Origin: Scyliorhinus canicula
Lineage: Eukaryota
DNA length: 64,000 nt
Assembly (NCBI RefSeq): GCF_902713615.1
Contig: NC_052163.1
Location: forward strand, 84,555,721 to 84,619,720
Direction: 5' to 3'
Made by a program: the position numbers and the translations under genes. Shown here piece after piece: positions 61,961 to 64,000 of the stretch. The notes below the pieces were generated by a model. The model searched no databases and had not been told where the DNA came from. It saw nothing but the letters and a program-made list of their open reading frames with translations. Each line of letters starts with the position of its first letter. The first letter of the stretch is position 1.

Positions 61961-62445
61961 AAAGTTCCGAATTGACAATGGGACATATGCCACCAGATCT
62001 ACCAGCTCTGCCAGGGCCATTTAATTGCTACACTTTGTACTTTGGGATGTGCATCCCACCCAGAAGGGCAACTTCGAGGGTGACTTTCTTGTGGGCTGCT
62101 CCCTTGTCGAAGCCAGGTGCCTTGAACAGACACAGAATACAAGGGACCTCCTCTAGAAGACAACATCAACAAGGTTAGCTGTGGCTTCTCGCCAGATGGG
62201 GTGTCCGCTGCCTATCACAGGTTGATTATGCAACAGCAGCAGGGCAAGACCTTAAGTAGCTCCTTAAAGCCTCAGTTGGCCTGTGGATGGCAAGGCTGCT
62301 GGCAGGACATCCAACCCTGGACCCACATCCACTGCCCCGAACTCATGCACCCCGCATCTCTGAAAGCACTTCCAGAGGGGCATTAAATTCCACCCAAGAT
62401 GACCAAACACACACACAGGCGGAAATATTTCCTGCACAGATTCTA

Positions 62446-62451
62446 TTTATT
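62446..62451 (-). terminator. PolyA signal of C2
   Basis: TTTATT on + strand at the position homologous to C1 28161-28166; the second C1 signal is mutated here (AATATTTCC). Confidence 0.7.
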
Positions 62452-62817
62452 GGTAAGTTAAAATTGGTGACAGTCATTACCAGTCTGATACTGTTAGCTG
62501 ATCAAAAACAGTCAGAATTTTCATTACACACAGCACTGGTGTTGAGCAAACCACCCATTTGAACAGAAATTCCTGATTGCAGTCAAGTAATTGGTCACGT
62601 CAACCCTTGTATAGCCTCTTGCAATGGGAAAGACTGAGCAAAACTTTGCACTGCTACAAACAGCTTCAAAAGATACAACAGAATCACACAGCAAAACAGA
62701 AACACAAAATGCAGCAGTACAAAGGATAGAGTGCGGACAATGGTGGCAGAGAAGATGGTGACAAATTAACATGTTCTCACTATGCAGGCAGAACATAGGA
62801 AATACATTTCCATCTAT

Positions 62818-63140
62818 TTAACAGCCGGATTGAGAGGCGGTTGCGGTTGTTTTTGAAGCTGCTCCTTGTTGAACTGTACAGGAGTACACCTTCCCACTGC
62901 TCCAATCTGTGCCAGGGACTGTCAGGTAGCTGCTGAGACTGAAGCTGTTGTCCGAGTTCCGCGATGCCACGCTGGTTTGGACATCACTGCTTGTCGGGCT
63001 CCCATCGACTGTCCAGCTGACCGCAGCAAAGCCCATGGACAGTTTGCTGACCAGGCAAACTAACGTGCCGGCTCCTTTAGTGGATATCTCATCGGCTGAA
63101 GGCCCGAGCAGTTTCACTGAAGGGTCAGGGAGTTGCCGAG
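62818..63140 (-). CDS. Ig light chain constant exon, cluster 2 (V-J outside window)
   Basis: Same acceptor, same length (323 nt) and identical protein as 28528-28850; 6 synonymous nucleotide differences. Confidence 0.97.
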
Positions 63141-63360
63141 CTGCAATCAGAAACAGAGAACACATATTTGTATAAAACGTCAGAGAAACATTGGCATCAT
63201 TTCCAAGTTTGAAAGAAATTGCAGTGAAAGGTTATTGCTTCCTGTAATGGGTCCTGAAATTCATCTGGTGAGAAGATTTTATTTCGATTGTCAAAGCTTT
63301 GAGAACAGGAAGTACTAATTTTGATGTAAAATTAATTGTTTTAGGATCCTCCTGGTGACC

Positions 63361-63590
63361 CGGGATAGAAATGAAAATCGCCACAGCCCCCGAGGACCAT
63401 AATCTGCTTTCACCTGTTGAGAGCTGACAGGTGGTGATTTAACCTGTGGGTCACCACACCTCAGGCGGGGGGCAAGGTTGAGAAGGTGGAGCCTTCATGA
63501 ATTACCTCAGCCATGATGAGAATTGAACCCACTCTGCTGGCATTGCACAACACCATGGACCAGTCATACAACCAACTGCATTAAACTACC
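63361..63590 (-). mobile_element. DeuSINE/SacSINE1-like SINE in the cluster-2 J-C intron only
   Basis: Separates CTCCTGGTGACC from CTCTGGATTAGA, which are contiguous in the C1 intron (28927-28947). Confidence 0.7.
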
Positions 63591-64000
63591 CTCTGGATTA
63601 GAACATCACTCAATATGGGTTTTTCTCTCCCAGGTTCTATCCCCAGTCTGTGTTGAGTTGGATGATATCAAGTGAATCACCAGAAATGCTTCATTTGACC
63701 CCCGTGCCCCTGTTTAGGGAGAGAAGTGATTCCAGATCCCAGTGCTCACTAAAACCCAAGTGATCGCTGCCTCTCAAAATCTACAGGGATTTGTTCTAAC
63801 ACATTTAATGTGTTAAAACACCACACATTAATGGACATGTGAGACACAAACTGTCAGTGTAGTGTGGCACCAGACCCAGGGAATAGACCCACACTCTCCT
63901 CCTAGCTGCGCCTCTTTCATTTCCCTTTTACAAGCCAGCCATCACTAATGCTCCTCCATTAATGGCCACCTACTGCCACAGGAAGGGTAGAAGAAGCATC

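Overview
Eukaryotic DNA from a cartilaginous fish (shark; the SINE/LINE families suggest a catshark-like species, which is inference). The only host genes are immunoglobulin light-chain segments on the minus strand. One complete unrearranged cluster is present: octamer/TATA promoter, leader exon (31884-31932), V exon (31456-31782) with a 12-bp-spacer RSS, J (31036-31072) with a 23-bp-spacer RSS, C exon (28528-28850) and polyA signals. The C exon of a second cluster lies 34.3 kb away (62818-63140); its V-J would be beyond the window. The V looks sigma-type. The rest is nested transposable elements: decayed Ty3/gypsy pol copies, several L1/Tx1-clade LINEs (three with clear TSDs), two CR1-group LINE families, Rex1 and Penelope fragments, V-SINEs (HE1-like), DeuSINE-like SINEs, PIF/Harbinger-type MITEs, a solo LTR, and a Harbinger Myb/SANT gene split by a gag-only LTR element that itself carries a SINE. 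The most notable observations are: a Penelope-type minimal hammerhead ribozyme with a compensatory U3:A8 core; a non-canonical J (LGQG, nonamer ACAGTTACC) with in-frame V-J microhomology; protein-identical C exons inside ~20%-diverged flanks; a non-autonomous LTR element with a ~900-codon repetitive frame and an NRF1-motif array; a YLDN RT active site shared by two gypsy copies; and L1 insertions with chimeric 5' ends. All alignments and counts were done by eye.
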